DNA of 64,000 nucleotides from an uncultured Clostridia bacterium (GCA_944363035.1 CALVTS010000001.1:64691-128690), one strand, 5' to 3'. Counted from the stretch's first letter, positions 18,618 through 28,420 are shown. Notes: generated from the sequence alone by a model not told the origin. Numbers and translations are program-made.

Positions 18618-19171
18618 CTCCTCTCCCCCGCATAGGCCATGAGCATGGCGACGACCGAGGAAGGTATCTCCCCTCGCACGGCGTAGCTCACGGTGGTCGA
18701 GCCTATCTTTTTGACGCCGCGCGCAGTCATGCAGGTATGCTCCGCCTCCACGACCACCGCGACCCCTTTTGGCGCGAGATGCAAAAAGAGCGCGTCGGCT
18801 ATCTCTGCGTTCATCCTCTCCTGCAATTGGAGACGGCGGGCGTAGACGTCCACCGTGCGCGCGAGCTTGCTGAGCCCCGCGACCCTGCCGTCGGGGACGT
18901 AGGCTATGTGCACCCTGCCGAAAAAGGGCATGAGATGATGCTCGCAGGTGGAGGAGAATGAGATGTCCCTCTCCACGACGAGGGCGCTGCCCCCCTCGGA
19001 AAAAGTCTTTGAAAGATGCTTTTCCGCGCTGTCGGAATAACCGGCGGTCAGTTCCTCCAACATACGCGCGACTCTGGCGGGAGTATCTTTCAACCCCTCG
19101 CGACCCGCGTCCTCGCCCATAGCGGCGATGAGCTCACGAACGGCGTTTTCCGCCCTTTGTTTATCCACCAT
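18614..19171 (-). CDS. folE: GTP cyclohydrolase I
   Basis: Trimmed to MVDKQRAENAVRELI, preceded by GAGGTG. Motifs GLKDTPARVARM, FSSTCEHHLMPFFG, QLQERM and EAEHTCMTARG. Confidence 0.92.
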   Translation of the reverse strand: MVDKQRAENAVRELIAAMGEDAGREGLKDTPARVARMLEELTAGYSDSAEKHLSKTFSEGGSALVVERDISFSSTCEHHLMPFFGRVHIAYVPDGRVAGLSKLARTVDVYARRLQLQERMNAEIADALFLHLAPKGVAVVVEAEHTCMTARGVKKIGSTTVSYAVRGEIPSSVVAMLMAYAGERR

Positions 19172-19203
19172 ATACACCTCGCGGGCAGACTGCCCGAATG
19201 ATA

Positions 19204-20511
19204 TCAATTTTTTGTCAGCTCGTGAAAGAGGGTGAGCGAACCGAACACGACGACGACGTCCGCATCCGAGGATAGCGCGGCGCGCACGCCGTCGGGTACC
19301 CTCCCGCACACCCGCACCGAGAGCCCCCCTCCCGTCGCCTCGGCAAGCGCCTCTGCGGGAAGGGCGCGGGGGGAATCCGGAGTGACGGCAAACGCCTCCG
19401 TAAGCAGAGGCGACACCTCCCCGAGCACGCCGCGATAGTCCTTGTCCGCAAGCACACCGACCACGCCCGCTATCTTCGCGCCGGGAAAATACTCCCTGAG
19501 CGCGTTCGCGAGCGTCGCCGCGCCCTGAGGATTGTGCGAACCGTCCAAAACGACGGTTTTCCCGTGCGGAATGTATATATCATACGGCGAATCTGCAACA
19601 TCGTCTTCGGTGAGCACCTCGAATCTCGCGTGCCATACCGCCCTTTTCAAACCCTCTTTCACCGCGCTTTGCGGGATGGGATAGCCCGCCTTGCGCACGG
19701 ACTCCGCCGCCTCTATCGCCAATGCGGCGTTGAGGAGCTGGTGTTCGCCGAGAAGACGGATCATGTACTCTTCGCCCTTATATTCGAAACGCTGTCCCGC
19801 AGGGGAACGCGAGATGAGACGGGGCACGCCCGAAACGCGCGCCAAGGGATACAACACCTCAGCCGCCTCTCTTTCCTGAGGGCAGGTGACCGCCTTCCCC
19901 TTTATTATCGCCGCCTTTTCGGCGGCTATCTCGCCGAGGGTATCGCCGAGAAGGGCGCAATGATCCAGACCTATTTTCGCTATCACGGCGAGGAGCTTGT
20001 CCGAAACGGCGTTGGTGGCGTCCCATCTGCCGCCTAGCCCCGTTTCCAGCACGGCGAGGTCGCATCCTTCGGCGGCGAAAGCGGAGAGCGCGAGAGCGGT
20101 CTCCTGCTCGAACGCGGTGGGGCGGAACTCTTTCATCGCGCGCGCTCTGCCCTCCCCGTCGGGGGCGGAGGAACGCAAACCGCGCTCCCGCAACACCGCG
20201 TCGCGGACGGCGGTCATATACGCCGCCACTTTGTCATCCGAAAAGGGAACGCCGTCCAGCAAAAAACGCTCGTTGTAGCGGAGCACGGAGGGGGAATTGT
20301 ACGTCCCCGTCCTGTACCCCGCCGCGACGAACACCGAGGTCAGCATCGCACAGACGGAGCCCTTCCCGTTTGTCCCCGCGACGTGCACAATGCCGAAAGA
20401 GCGGTCGGGAGACCCCATGGCGTCCAGGAGCTCACGCTCCCTTTCCAGCCCGTAATCCGACCCGTCCGACTCTATGCGGCGGATATAATCGACGGCTTCT
20501 TCGTAAAACAA
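19204..20511 (-). CDS. folC: bifunctional folylpolyglutamate synthase / dihydrofolate synthase
   Basis: VHVAGTNGKGSVCAMLTSV (P-loop) and LETGLGGRWDATN. I prefer the in-frame TTG at 20511 (AGGAGG 6 nt upstream; gives MFYEEAVDYI) over the GTG at 20565, which lies inside the riboswitch. Confidence 0.85.
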   Translation of the reverse strand: MFYEEAVDYIRRIESDGSDYGLERERELLDAMGSPDRSFGIVHVAGTNGKGSVCAMLTSVFVAAGYRTGTYNSPSVLRYNERFLLDGVPFSDDKVAAYMTAVRDAVLRERGLRSSAPDGEGRARAMKEFRPTAFEQETALALSAFAAEGCDLAVLETGLGGRWDATNAVSDKLLAVIAKIGLDHCALLGDTLGEIAAEKAAIIKGKAVTCPQEREAAEVLYPLARVSGVPRLISRSPAGQRFEYKGEEYMIRLLGEHQLLNAALAIEAAESVRKAGYPIPQSAVKEGLKRAVWHARFEVLTEDDVADSPYDIYIPHGKTVVLDGSHNPQGAATLANALREYFPGAKIAGVVGVLADKDYRGVLGEVSPLLTEAFAVTPDSPRALPAEALAEATGGGLSVRVCGRVPDGVRAALSSDADVVVVFGSLTLFHELTKN

Positions 20512-20541
20512 AAAGCACCTCCTCAGAAGCACTTCTCGCAA

Positions 20542-20641
20542 GTGAAGCGGGAGTGACGTATGCACCGCAAGTCATCAGACTTTTCGTCCGCGAGCACCCC
20601 CCGTCTCCACGGCACTTGACGCGCATATGTCTACAACTTCC
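20542..20641 (-). promoter_or_regulatory. THF (tetrahydrofolate) riboswitch, class I
   Basis: Minus strand: GAAGUUG-UAG-ACAUAUG-CGCGUCAAGUG-P3(CCGUGGAG..CUCGCGG, loop GGGGGUG)-ACGAA-P4(AAGUC ugau GACUU)-GCGGUG-CAUACGU-CACUCC-CGCUUC. All helices, the conserved joining strands and the loop/CACUCC pseudoknot match the known THF-I architecture. Confidence 0.8.
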
Positions 20642-20665
20642 AAGTTGATATGGGGTAGTGAGGAA

Positions 20666-20694
20666 ATTATAGCACGCGGGAGGAAAAGGAGCAA
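20666..20694 (-). promoter_or_regulatory. promoter of the folate operon
   Basis: Minus strand: TTGCTC, 17-nt spacer, then TGC-TATAAT (extended -10), about 25 nt upstream of the riboswitch P1. Confidence 0.65.
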
Positions 20695-20802
20695 CAGAAT
20701 CGCGGGACAAAATCGGCGCGGAAGGAGCATCGGGTCTCCCCTGCCCTCCGAGCGGGCGTTGGTGACGCGCCTAAAAGCGCCCGAAATGTTTTGCCGATAA
20801 CG

Positions 20803-20870
20803 AAGCGTCCGAGCATAATGTCGGACGCTTTTGAAAGCGCCCGCAGGACATCCTGCGGGCGCGCTTTTTC
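20803..20870. terminator. two tandem GC-rich hairpins (terminator-like) downstream of gene 20901..21812
   Basis: AAGCGTCCGA..TCGGACGCTT then TTTG, followed by GCGCCCGCAGGA-ca-TCCTGCGGGCGC then GCTTTTTCC. The T-runs are better on the plus strand, although only minus-strand genes flank them. Confidence 0.5.
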
Positions 20871-20900
20871 CGTCTGTCGGAGGGGGATCGGGGGCGAGCG

Positions 20901-21812
20901 TCATTTGTCGGAGAGCTTCTGCTCCTCGACGTCCTCTATGACGGCGTCTATGACCTCTGCCGCGGCTTCCTCTCCCATCTCGGAGGGAGCCTCCTCTGCG
21001 GGCTTTGCCGCTTCGGGGTGCGCGTCGAGATACTGCGCGCGCTCTATGGAGACCACCTTTTCATAGGACATACCTGCGGCTATGGCTTCCAGGCGCTGTC
21101 TCTCCTCCTTTTCGCGGAGCTTCTTCTTTTCGCGGAATATCTGCATCACCGCGAAGATGAGGCACACCGCGATGCCGACGAAGAGATACGCCGAGCCGGG
21201 ATCCCACAGCCCCGTGAGCCCGAGCACCACGGAGAGTACGACCACGATGACGATGGGGAATGCCGCGAGTTTGGGATTCTTGACTATATACTTGCCGCCG
21301 AGGGACCCGAAGAGCGCGTACACGACGCACCCGAACGCCGGGGTGAGATAGGGCGCGTCCTCTATCATCTGCGTGAGGTTGGGTATCACCGCAAGGCAGA
21401 GCACGATGACGCCGATGATGAGTATCGTGACGAGGGAACTCGTTGCCACGGCGATGGTGGCGACTATCTCGTCCTCCTCCGTGCCTCTCTTGGTGCCCGC
21501 AATCTCCTGGGATTTGACGACGCAGGGGATCTTGAGGTTGGATAGGTTGCCCGTGAGGAAGGACAGATACATCCCGTTGACTCCCACCATGGGAGAATAT
21601 ATGATGGGCTCGGCAACGCCGGAAAGCGCCATTATTATCATGGGAGAGATGACCGCCCACTCGCCGAACACCGTCCAATCGGGAGACACGCCGTAATCCA
21701 GCGCGAGCCAGAGAGGTATGGTGCAGATCAAGATCATGCCGGTGGTGAGCCACAGTCTGCCTATGAGATGCATACGTGCGTTTTGATCGGCTGTAGTCCT
21801 GAGTTTTTTCAT
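20901..21812 (-). CDS. hypothetical polytopic membrane protein with a charged C-terminal tail
   Basis: Trimmed to MKKLRTTADQ, with GGAGG 7 nt upstream. At least 6 hydrophobic segments, then a KKKLREKEERQRLE...EE-rich tail. No family recognised. Confidence 0.7.
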   Translation of the reverse strand: MKKLRTTADQNARMHLIGRLWLTTGMILICTIPLWLALDYGVSPDWTVFGEWAVISPMIIMALSGVAEPIIYSPMVGVNGMYLSFLTGNLSNLKIPCVVKSQEIAGTKRGTEEDEIVATIAVATSSLVTILIIGVIVLCLAVIPNLTQMIEDAPYLTPAFGCVVYALFGSLGGKYIVKNPKLAAFPIVIVVVLSVVLGLTGLWDPGSAYLFVGIAVCLIFAVMQIFREKKKLREKEERQRLEAIAAGMSYEKVVSIERAQYLDAHPEAAKPAEEAPSEMGEEAAAEVIDAVIEDVEEQKLSDK

Positions 21813-21823
21813 ATCCCGCCTCC

Positions 21824-22681
21824 TCACATCAGCGCGGCGAGCGCGTTGACCGCCGCAGAAACCTCGTCGGGGTCGGGTTTAAGAGGCCAGCCGTTCTCAT
21901 AGGAGAAATAGCTGATCACTGCGACCACCGCCATCGCGATGAGCATACTGAACGGCGTGGAGAAGCTGTCCAGCCAGGTCTGTCCGCACTTGTTGATGAG
22001 CAGATCGAACACATACATACACAATGCGGCGATGACTATCGCGAGGAAGTTGTAATAGTTGTCCACATATCCCGCGCCCGAAGCTATCGAGGTGAGACTC
22101 ATGGCGAGATAGCCGAGTATCATGCCGATGAACACCACCTGGAAAAGCAGGTCGCCGATGTTGATGCCGCCGCTCGAGGTCGCGCTGGTCTTGGAGGAGA
22201 GCATCTGCACCTTGGGCTGGAACTTCTTGTAAAAGAAGATGACGACGATGGGACCCGTGACGATGGGGATGGTCATGACCGTCGCGATGGTGACGAAATC
22301 CTGCGCGGTGATGTTGCCGCCTATGAACTCCTCCATACTGCCCGCAATCGCGCTCGCCGCGCCGTCCGCCATCATGGTCTCGTACTGCAAGGAACCTATG
22401 ACAGAAAGACGTATCGCGGGAAGGGCTATGCCGATGGAGCCGATGAGGGTCACCACGCCAATCCCTATGCCTATGGCGGGCAGGATGGAGAACACCGCCG
22501 AAGTGGTGAACACCTTCTTTATCTTGCCCATGTCCATGTTGAGCGCCTTGGCGCGGCGGACGGAACGCACTATGTAATATAGGGACATAGCCACGACGAA
22601 CGCCACCACCGCGCCGTACAATCCGTAAATGAGAGGACTGTTCGGCGTGAAACCGCTGAATGCGGAAAGTGTCGAGATCAT
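21824..22681 (-). CDS. hypothetical polytopic membrane protein (possibly DUF5058-like)
   Basis: 285 aa and hydrophobic throughout (ILPAIGIGIGVVTLIGSIGIALPAIRLSVIGSLQYETMMADGAASAIAG). The family assignment is from memory only. Confidence 0.7.
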   Translation of the reverse strand: MISTLSAFSGFTPNSPLIYGLYGAVVAFVVAMSLYYIVRSVRRAKALNMDMGKIKKVFTTSAVFSILPAIGIGIGVVTLIGSIGIALPAIRLSVIGSLQYETMMADGAASAIAGSMEEFIGGNITAQDFVTIATVMTIPIVTGPIVVIFFYKKFQPKVQMLSSKTSATSSGGINIGDLLFQVVFIGMILGYLAMSLTSIASGAGYVDNYYNFLAIVIAALCMYVFDLLINKCGQTWLDSFSTPFSMLIAMAVVAVISYFSYENGWPLKPDPDEVSAAVNALAALM

Positions 22682-22875
22682 TGTTTTCTCCTACAAACTT
22701 CTCCGAGGAAATCCTCGGGATGCCAAACGTCGGAAGCCCGACAGAATGACTAAATCAACGAGCATATTACCTAAAACAATGATAACCCGCTTCAAACGAT
22801 TTTTCAAGTGCGGATTTAATCTTCCTTTAATTTAACCGCAGACAAGTATGCTCTTCTCGATATCTCCGCCGCCTC

Positions 22876-25800
22876 TCACGCCCATCTGTCTGCGGGAGAG
22901 ATGAAGGAATACGCCTTGCCCGAAGCCAGCGCCTCCCTCTGCGCCGCGTAGCTCGACTCGCTCTTCGCGTCGTACATGAAGAAGCGGAAATCCTGCGTAC
23001 CCGCCGCGAGCGGGAGCATCTCCCCCTGCATATTGAGTATGCTGTCCGCGTCGTCGTCATCGCTCATGAGCACGGAGAGGTTGACGGAATACTCTGTCGG
23101 GAGTTCCCCTTCAAACGCCGAAAGATCCACCACGCTGTAATTCTTGCCGCCGCCGTAAAACGCGATGCCGCCGTGCACGTATTCTCCGCCGTCGGCGGGA
23201 CAGATGATGTCGGCGTAATCCTCGCCTGCGCGTTTCAGCATCTCGCCGAGGTCGAGCTGCAAGAACGCGTTGGACTCCGTGATGCCTCCCGAGACCTCTA
23301 TGAGTGTGGAGCTGTCCACGTCCGAAAGTTCCTTCCAGTCGTATAGCCTTACGTCTCCCTCAAGCCGCAGGAGCGCGGGATAGGAAGTGCCTGCAAGCCC
23401 GCGCCAGGTGTAGGGCGCGAGCATCTCGCCGTCCAGCATGGGTCCCGCAAAGGAGCACTCCAACCCCACCGAGAAAAGCCCGGAGTGTGTGAGCGCGCAA
23501 TCTTTCAGCGTGACTTCGGTGAGCACCAGTTCGGACATGAAAGCCTCGTCGGCAAGATTGCCGTCATCCCTCGGCGCGTAAGTCACGCCGCCGAGAGAGA
23601 GGGAGGGCTCCATGGCTTCGAGGTCGTATGCCGTCCCCTGCTTTATATATTCCCCGCGCACCTTGCGGTTGGTGCCCATCTTCAATATGAACTCGCGCGC
23701 GTTGGAAAGCACCGAACTCTCCAACGAGACCTCTATCTTCTCCTTTTCGGCATCTACGGGAGAGCTCTCGCTCACTATGTTCTCCACGCCGTATCTCCCG
23801 AAGGCGCGCACGCAGGTCCTGCCGTTCATCACGCGGCTGTTGATGACTCTGCAATCCGCCATGAGTTCGAGCACGGTGCCTACGGTGTCAAGATACCCGA
23901 GTTCCAGCTTGCCCTCATCGTAAAGGCTCTCGTCGCTACATCCGCGCAACACCACATTGTCTATGGTCACGCCGTCCGTGCGCACGAGGAAGGAAATGTT
24001 GTCCTGCGCCTTGACCGAGGCGAGCCCCGGGAATGCGGCAAGATCCAGCGGACCTTTGAACACCGCGACGGAGGAGCTGACAAGGGGCGTGACCTGAGTG
24101 ATATAGTCCGCGTCCAGCGCCTTGCCGTTGCCGTAGAGGTCGTTGCGGAACTCGATGAGATATTTGACCGTGGGATGCGCGCTCCCTCTGTTTTTATAGT
24201 AAGTCCAGTCCGCGGTGGTCTCGAGGGTCCTGACATATGGGGAAAGATCCGCCCCGTCTTTGAGATAGCCGTCCTCGCGGAACATATTTTCGCCCAGCAT
24301 GATATCATCGGTGAGCACCACGGCATAGCCCTCGTCTGTCGCGAGGCGGAGGCTCTCGTAGTCCCCGACGTTCACCCCGTCCGCCACGACGTCGAGGATG
24401 ACGGACGCCCGAACTTCCTCACGGAAAGCCTCGGCATACTTCCATGCGGCGTACACCGTCACTCTGCCCGTCCCGAGCGGCTCCACGACAACTTTTCCCT
24501 CCCTCTCGCTCACCCGAGCCAGGGAGGGATCGGACACTTCGAGTGCCGCTCCCTCTGTGATGGGGACGACCTCGAGACCGCGCATGGCTTTGAGGGAAAG
24601 GGTGTTTTCCGCCGCGACGAATCCCCCCTCTTTCACTTCGAGCCCTCCTATGGCGAGCACGCCGCCTATCCCCCACTCCTCCGCGTTTTCGGCAAACACG
24701 AAACTGTTGTAGCTTTCCGCGACGCGGAGGACTCTCCTCTCCGCTTCGTACACCGTACCGCCGCACTCCGCGTAAAGGGTGAGCACGCACTCTCCCTCCG
24801 CCGAAGCGGTGAGGGTGAACTCTCCCCTTTCCTCATCCGAGGCGACCATGCGCACTCCCTCGCCCTCTATCTCCAAACGGTAGACCGAACCCTCGGGAAT
24901 GGGGGACTCGTCGGAAACGGCATAGGTGAGCGTAGTGCCCTTCTTTTGCACAAAACATGATGTTGACGCGTCGATATAACGTCCGTAAAGTGTCGGTTTG
25001 GGGTCTTCAAAGCATATTTCAGCCGAAAGGGTCTTCCCTCCCGCAAGCAGTTTTATCTCGGTTTCGCGCCCCGAGAAACCGTCCCCGAACGCGACCTCGA
25101 CGACATATCTTCCCTCCCTCTCAGAGAGCGCCAGGACCTCTGCCGTCACCCCGTCGGGAATGGAAAGTATCTGCGGGAAGGAGGGGCTTTCGACATACAG
25201 CTCGCACTCTCTCGCGCCTGTGGGGAAAACAGTCTCGGCGCGCTCTCCCATGCCCTGCACCGAGGGCGAGGACTGCGACACCTTCACTAGCACGGTGAAC
25301 TCCTCCCACTCTCGATCGGCGGGGGTCATGGACACGGTGAGCAGATATTCTCCCGAAAACACCGCCCGCGCTCTGCCCGTGACGGGATGCACTTGGAGCC
25401 CGGTCTCGGAACCGGACAGCGTATAGCGCACGTCCGTATGCACGGATGCGGGCAACGCGTCTGCGGTGAAGACATACTCTCCCCCGCCGAGCTCTATCTC
25501 GAGATCTGCTCGCGAAGAGGGGGCGGCAAAGACCCTCTCCCCCTCCTCATCCGTGGCGAAGAAGCGCGCGCCCACCGCTTTGGAGGCGGTCACGTTGACG
25601 ATGATGCTCGCTCTGTATCCTCCGTCGCGGGTGACGGCGGTCACCTTGACCATGCCCGTCTCGCGCGGGATGATGCGTCCCTCTTTGTCAAGCTCTATCC
25701 TGCCTTGGGTCCCCCCGTCCACGGAGGAATATTCCAGGTCGTAGCCTCTGTTTTTAGCATTGAGGGGGAGCACTTCCACCCCGATGTACTTGTCGTATTC

Positions 25801-25968
25801 GTAGTCGCTTATGTCGATGTTGATCACGCCGTCTTCGGCATCCGTCTTCAACTCCACTCCCGCGACGGGGATGTCCACCGCGACGGAGGCGGTGCGGGTG
25901 AATGTCATCAGCGTGAAGAGCACGATGAGGGGGATTATCGCCATGAGCGCGATGAGCTTGTTTCTCAC
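22876..25968 (-). CDS. large N-terminally anchored extracellular protein (Ig-like repeats plus probable beta-helix region)
   Basis: 1030 aa. GTG start overlaps the permease stop (GGAGGTGAGG upstream). N-terminal TM LIALMAIIPLIVLFTLMTF. Big_2-like segment RIIPRETGMVKVTAVTRDGGYRASIIVNV. The later region DNVVLRGCSDES...CRVINSRVMNGRTCV suggests a parallel beta-helix. Confidence 0.75.
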   Translation of the reverse strand: MRNKLIALMAIIPLIVLFTLMTFTRTASVAVDIPVAGVELKTDAEDGVINIDISDYEYDKYIGVEVLPLNAKNRGYDLEYSSVDGGTQGRIELDKEGRIIPRETGMVKVTAVTRDGGYRASIIVNVTASKAVGARFFATDEEGERVFAAPSSRADLEIELGGGEYVFTADALPASVHTDVRYTLSGSETGLQVHPVTGRARAVFSGEYLLTVSMTPADREWEEFTVLVKVSQSSPSVQGMGERAETVFPTGARECELYVESPSFPQILSIPDGVTAEVLALSEREGRYVVEVAFGDGFSGRETEIKLLAGGKTLSAEICFEDPKPTLYGRYIDASTSCFVQKKGTTLTYAVSDESPIPEGSVYRLEIEGEGVRMVASDEERGEFTLTASAEGECVLTLYAECGGTVYEAERRVLRVAESYNSFVFAENAEEWGIGGVLAIGGLEVKEGGFVAAENTLSLKAMRGLEVVPITEGAALEVSDPSLARVSEREGKVVVEPLGTGRVTVYAAWKYAEAFREEVRASVILDVVADGVNVGDYESLRLATDEGYAVVLTDDIMLGENMFREDGYLKDGADLSPYVRTLETTADWTYYKNRGSAHPTVKYLIEFRNDLYGNGKALDADYITQVTPLVSSSVAVFKGPLDLAAFPGLASVKAQDNISFLVRTDGVTIDNVVLRGCSDESLYDEGKLELGYLDTVGTVLELMADCRVINSRVMNGRTCVRAFGRYGVENIVSESSPVDAEKEKIEVSLESSVLSNAREFILKMGTNRKVRGEYIKQGTAYDLEAMEPSLSLGGVTYAPRDDGNLADEAFMSELVLTEVTLKDCALTHSGLFSVGLECSFAGPMLDGEMLAPYTWRGLAGTSYPALLRLEGDVRLYDWKELSDVDSSTLIEVSGGITESNAFLQLDLGEMLKRAGEDYADIICPADGGEYVHGGIAFYGGGKNYSVVDLSAFEGELPTEYSVNLSVLMSDDDDADSILNMQGEMLPLAAGTQDFRFFMYDAKSESSYAAQREALASGKAYSFISPADRWA

Positions 25969-27644
25969 TTATCCTCACCTCCCGCGTTCCTGCACTTTTC
26001 GTCCAATCCCTTGAAGAGATAGACGAGGGACCCCGCAAAGAGCGCCGCCGCGATGACCGCCATACTGATGACGGAAGCGAGCTCGCCGAAGGATTCTCCC
26101 TTGGTCAGTTTGAGATATACGCCGTCATAGAGCATTATGCCACCTATCGCCATGGAAACGGCGAGCCCTATGAGCACGAGGACGGACACCGTGGAATCGG
26201 GCTCCTCCGCTCCCGCCTCGGTGCCGAAGCGAGGATGTCCGAGGTCCCTCCTTGTGGCGAAGCATATCTGCGCGGCGGAGATCGCCAGCGTGACGACAAG
26301 CAGGAATACCGCCTGCCAGGCGTTGACGTAGCCCAGCCCGCCCACGAGCGCGACGCTGACCGCAGTAGACACCGCCGCGCCTATGAAACAGAACACCACC
26401 TTTGCGCTTATCGCGGTGCGATAGCTCACGGGCATGGTCTTCATCATGAAGAAGAACTCCCCGTCCCTGCTGACGTTGCCCGCGCAATAGGTGTTGGTGA
26501 GTATGCCGAACATGACTATGAGAAAGACCGCGATCTCGAGGTCACAGTTGACGAACACCAGAAGCCCCGCGAGCTCCGAGAATATCTCCATGCAAAAGTA
26601 CACCATGAGGGGCATGATGACCGCCGTGGAAAAATATCTGAAAGCGTACGAGGGGGTGCGCAGTACGACAAGGAGTTCCTTTTTCATGAAAGAGGCGAAC
26701 TTAGAGCGCGGCGCGGGAAGGGAATGCCCCTTGTAGACATAACGGCTGTCCAGCGCGAAGAGCTTGTTCTGCGCGGCGGGAAGGAGCATGAGCCTGCCCG
26801 TGAGCACGCCCGCCGTGATGAGCAACGCCGTGGTGAGGAGCACCCAGCCCACCCCTTCGGGCATGGCGTCGGTGAGGAGCATATTCGAAAAGAATACGGC
26901 GGGATACATATCCGAAGTGACGCGGGCTATCTCACGCATGGTGTCCGCGTCGAAGAAGAAGCGCACGTCCCCCGTGGAGATGAGGTCGGCGATGAACCCG
27001 AGCGCCTCCGAATACAGCCAGAACGCCAGCCCCGTGAGCGCCGTCACCACGATGAGTGAGATGCCGTATCGGGAGGATACCAACGTCTTCAACGCGTAGA
27101 GCGGCAATGCCAGCACGCTCCCGAGGGCAAGTGAGATGAGGGGGAGCAAAAAGAGGATGAGCACCGTCATCCCGTAAAACTGCGCGCCGACCTCCGCCCC
27201 GCAGGTCGCGAGAGTGATGTTGACGGGAAGCACGGTGAAGAACCCGAACACAAACTGTTTCACGTACGCCACGGTCATCTTGGAGACGTACATCGCGCCC
27301 GACGAAAGGGGCAAGGTCACGAAAATGCGCAGATCCTCGCTTTCGAAAAGGGAACGGTTTATCGTGCGCACCCCTCCCACCACATTGACGAAGATGATGA
27401 GGAGGTATATCGCCGAAGTGAGTTCCCACAGTCTGCCGTACGGGTCGGGCACGCGGTTTATCTCTATCCCGACATACATTGTGCCGAAGCGTTTCAAAAC
27501 AAAACACGCCACGACCACTATCGCCACGGCGAGCAAAAGGGAAAGCAGTTTCCCCGGGATATCGGAAGTCTTGCGCGGACCTTTGAGTTCGGAAAAAAAT
27601 TCACGCGCCTCTTTTTTCAGGAGGGTCTTCACCGAGGCGATCAT
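25965..27644 (-). CDS. ABC transporter permease (large multi-span, putative exporter type)
   Basis: 559 aa with at least 10 hydrophobic segments. ATGA overlap with the upstream ATPase and 4-nt overlap with the downstream surface protein. Confidence 0.75.
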   Translation of the reverse strand: MIASVKTLLKKEAREFFSELKGPRKTSDIPGKLLSLLLAVAIVVVACFVLKRFGTMYVGIEINRVPDPYGRLWELTSAIYLLIIFVNVVGGVRTINRSLFESEDLRIFVTLPLSSGAMYVSKMTVAYVKQFVFGFFTVLPVNITLATCGAEVGAQFYGMTVLILFLLPLISLALGSVLALPLYALKTLVSSRYGISLIVVTALTGLAFWLYSEALGFIADLISTGDVRFFFDADTMREIARVTSDMYPAVFFSNMLLTDAMPEGVGWVLLTTALLITAGVLTGRLMLLPAAQNKLFALDSRYVYKGHSLPAPRSKFASFMKKELLVVLRTPSYAFRYFSTAVIMPLMVYFCMEIFSELAGLLVFVNCDLEIAVFLIVMFGILTNTYCAGNVSRDGEFFFMMKTMPVSYRTAISAKVVFCFIGAAVSTAVSVALVGGLGYVNAWQAVFLLVVTLAISAAQICFATRRDLGHPRFGTEAGAEEPDSTVSVLVLIGLAVSMAIGGIMLYDGVYLKLTKGESFGELASVISMAVIAAALFAGSLVYLFKGLDEKCRNAGGEDK

Positions 27645-28420
27645 CCCGCGTTCTCCTCATCCGAAAGGAAGAAGCGTTCCAGCTCCCTCCCCTCGCCGAA
27701 CTCCGCCGCCGGCAGATCCGCCGCGAGGCGCCCCGCGCGTATGACTATCGCTCTGTCGCAAATGCGGCGCACCGCGTCCAGATTGTGAGTGGAAAAAAGC
27801 ACCGCGCCCCCTCTGTCGGCGTAGTCCCTCATGAACCTGCACACCGAATCCATCGTGACGGGATCCAGCCCGAGCATGGGTTCGTCAAGTATCCAGAGGT
27901 CGGGATCGTGGATGAGACTGCCCATCATACATATCCTCTGCTTCATGCCGTGGGAATAGCTGCTGATGAGGTTCTTTATCTTGTCGCCGAGGGCGAAACA
28001 GCGTTGGAGTTCCTCGACGCGCGCCACGCGCTCCTCTGCGCCCACGCCGTACACATCCGCCATAAACGCGAGATATTCAAGCCCCGTCATCTTCCTGAAA
28101 ACGGCGTGATTGTCCGTCACGAAGCCGAAGCGCATCTTTGCCGCCAACGCCTCCCCCTTCATGGGTTCGCCGAATATCTCGATCTCGCCCTCCTTATAGG
28201 GGAGCATCCCCGTGAGGCACTTCAAAGTGGTGGACTTGCCCGCGCCGTTGTGTCCGAGCAATCCCACGATCTCCCCTCGGCGCACCTCGAAAGAGATGCC
28301 GTTCACGGCATATTCCGAAGCGCGGGGATACCGCTTTTTCAGCCCGTCCACTCTGACGGCGACCTCTTCCTCTGCGCGGGGATACGCTTCCGGTTTTGTC
28401 ATCGTTGCGACCTCTAACAT
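27641..28420 (-). CDS. ABC transporter ATP-binding protein
   Basis: Walker A GHNGAGKSTT, Q-loop, signature-like SYSHGMKQR, Walker B LWILDEPMLGLD. Start is either 28420 (MLEVAT) or 28402 (MTKPEAY). Confidence 0.9.
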   Translation of the reverse strand: MLEVATMTKPEAYPRAEEEVAVRVDGLKKRYPRASEYAVNGISFEVRRGEIVGLLGHNGAGKSTTLKCLTGMLPYKEGEIEIFGEPMKGEALAAKMRFGFVTDNHAVFRKMTGLEYLAFMADVYGVGAEERVARVEELQRCFALGDKIKNLISSYSHGMKQRICMMGSLIHDPDLWILDEPMLGLDPVTMDSVCRFMRDYADRGGAVLFSTHNLDAVRRICDRAIVIRAGRLAADLPAAEFGEGRELERFFLSDEENAG

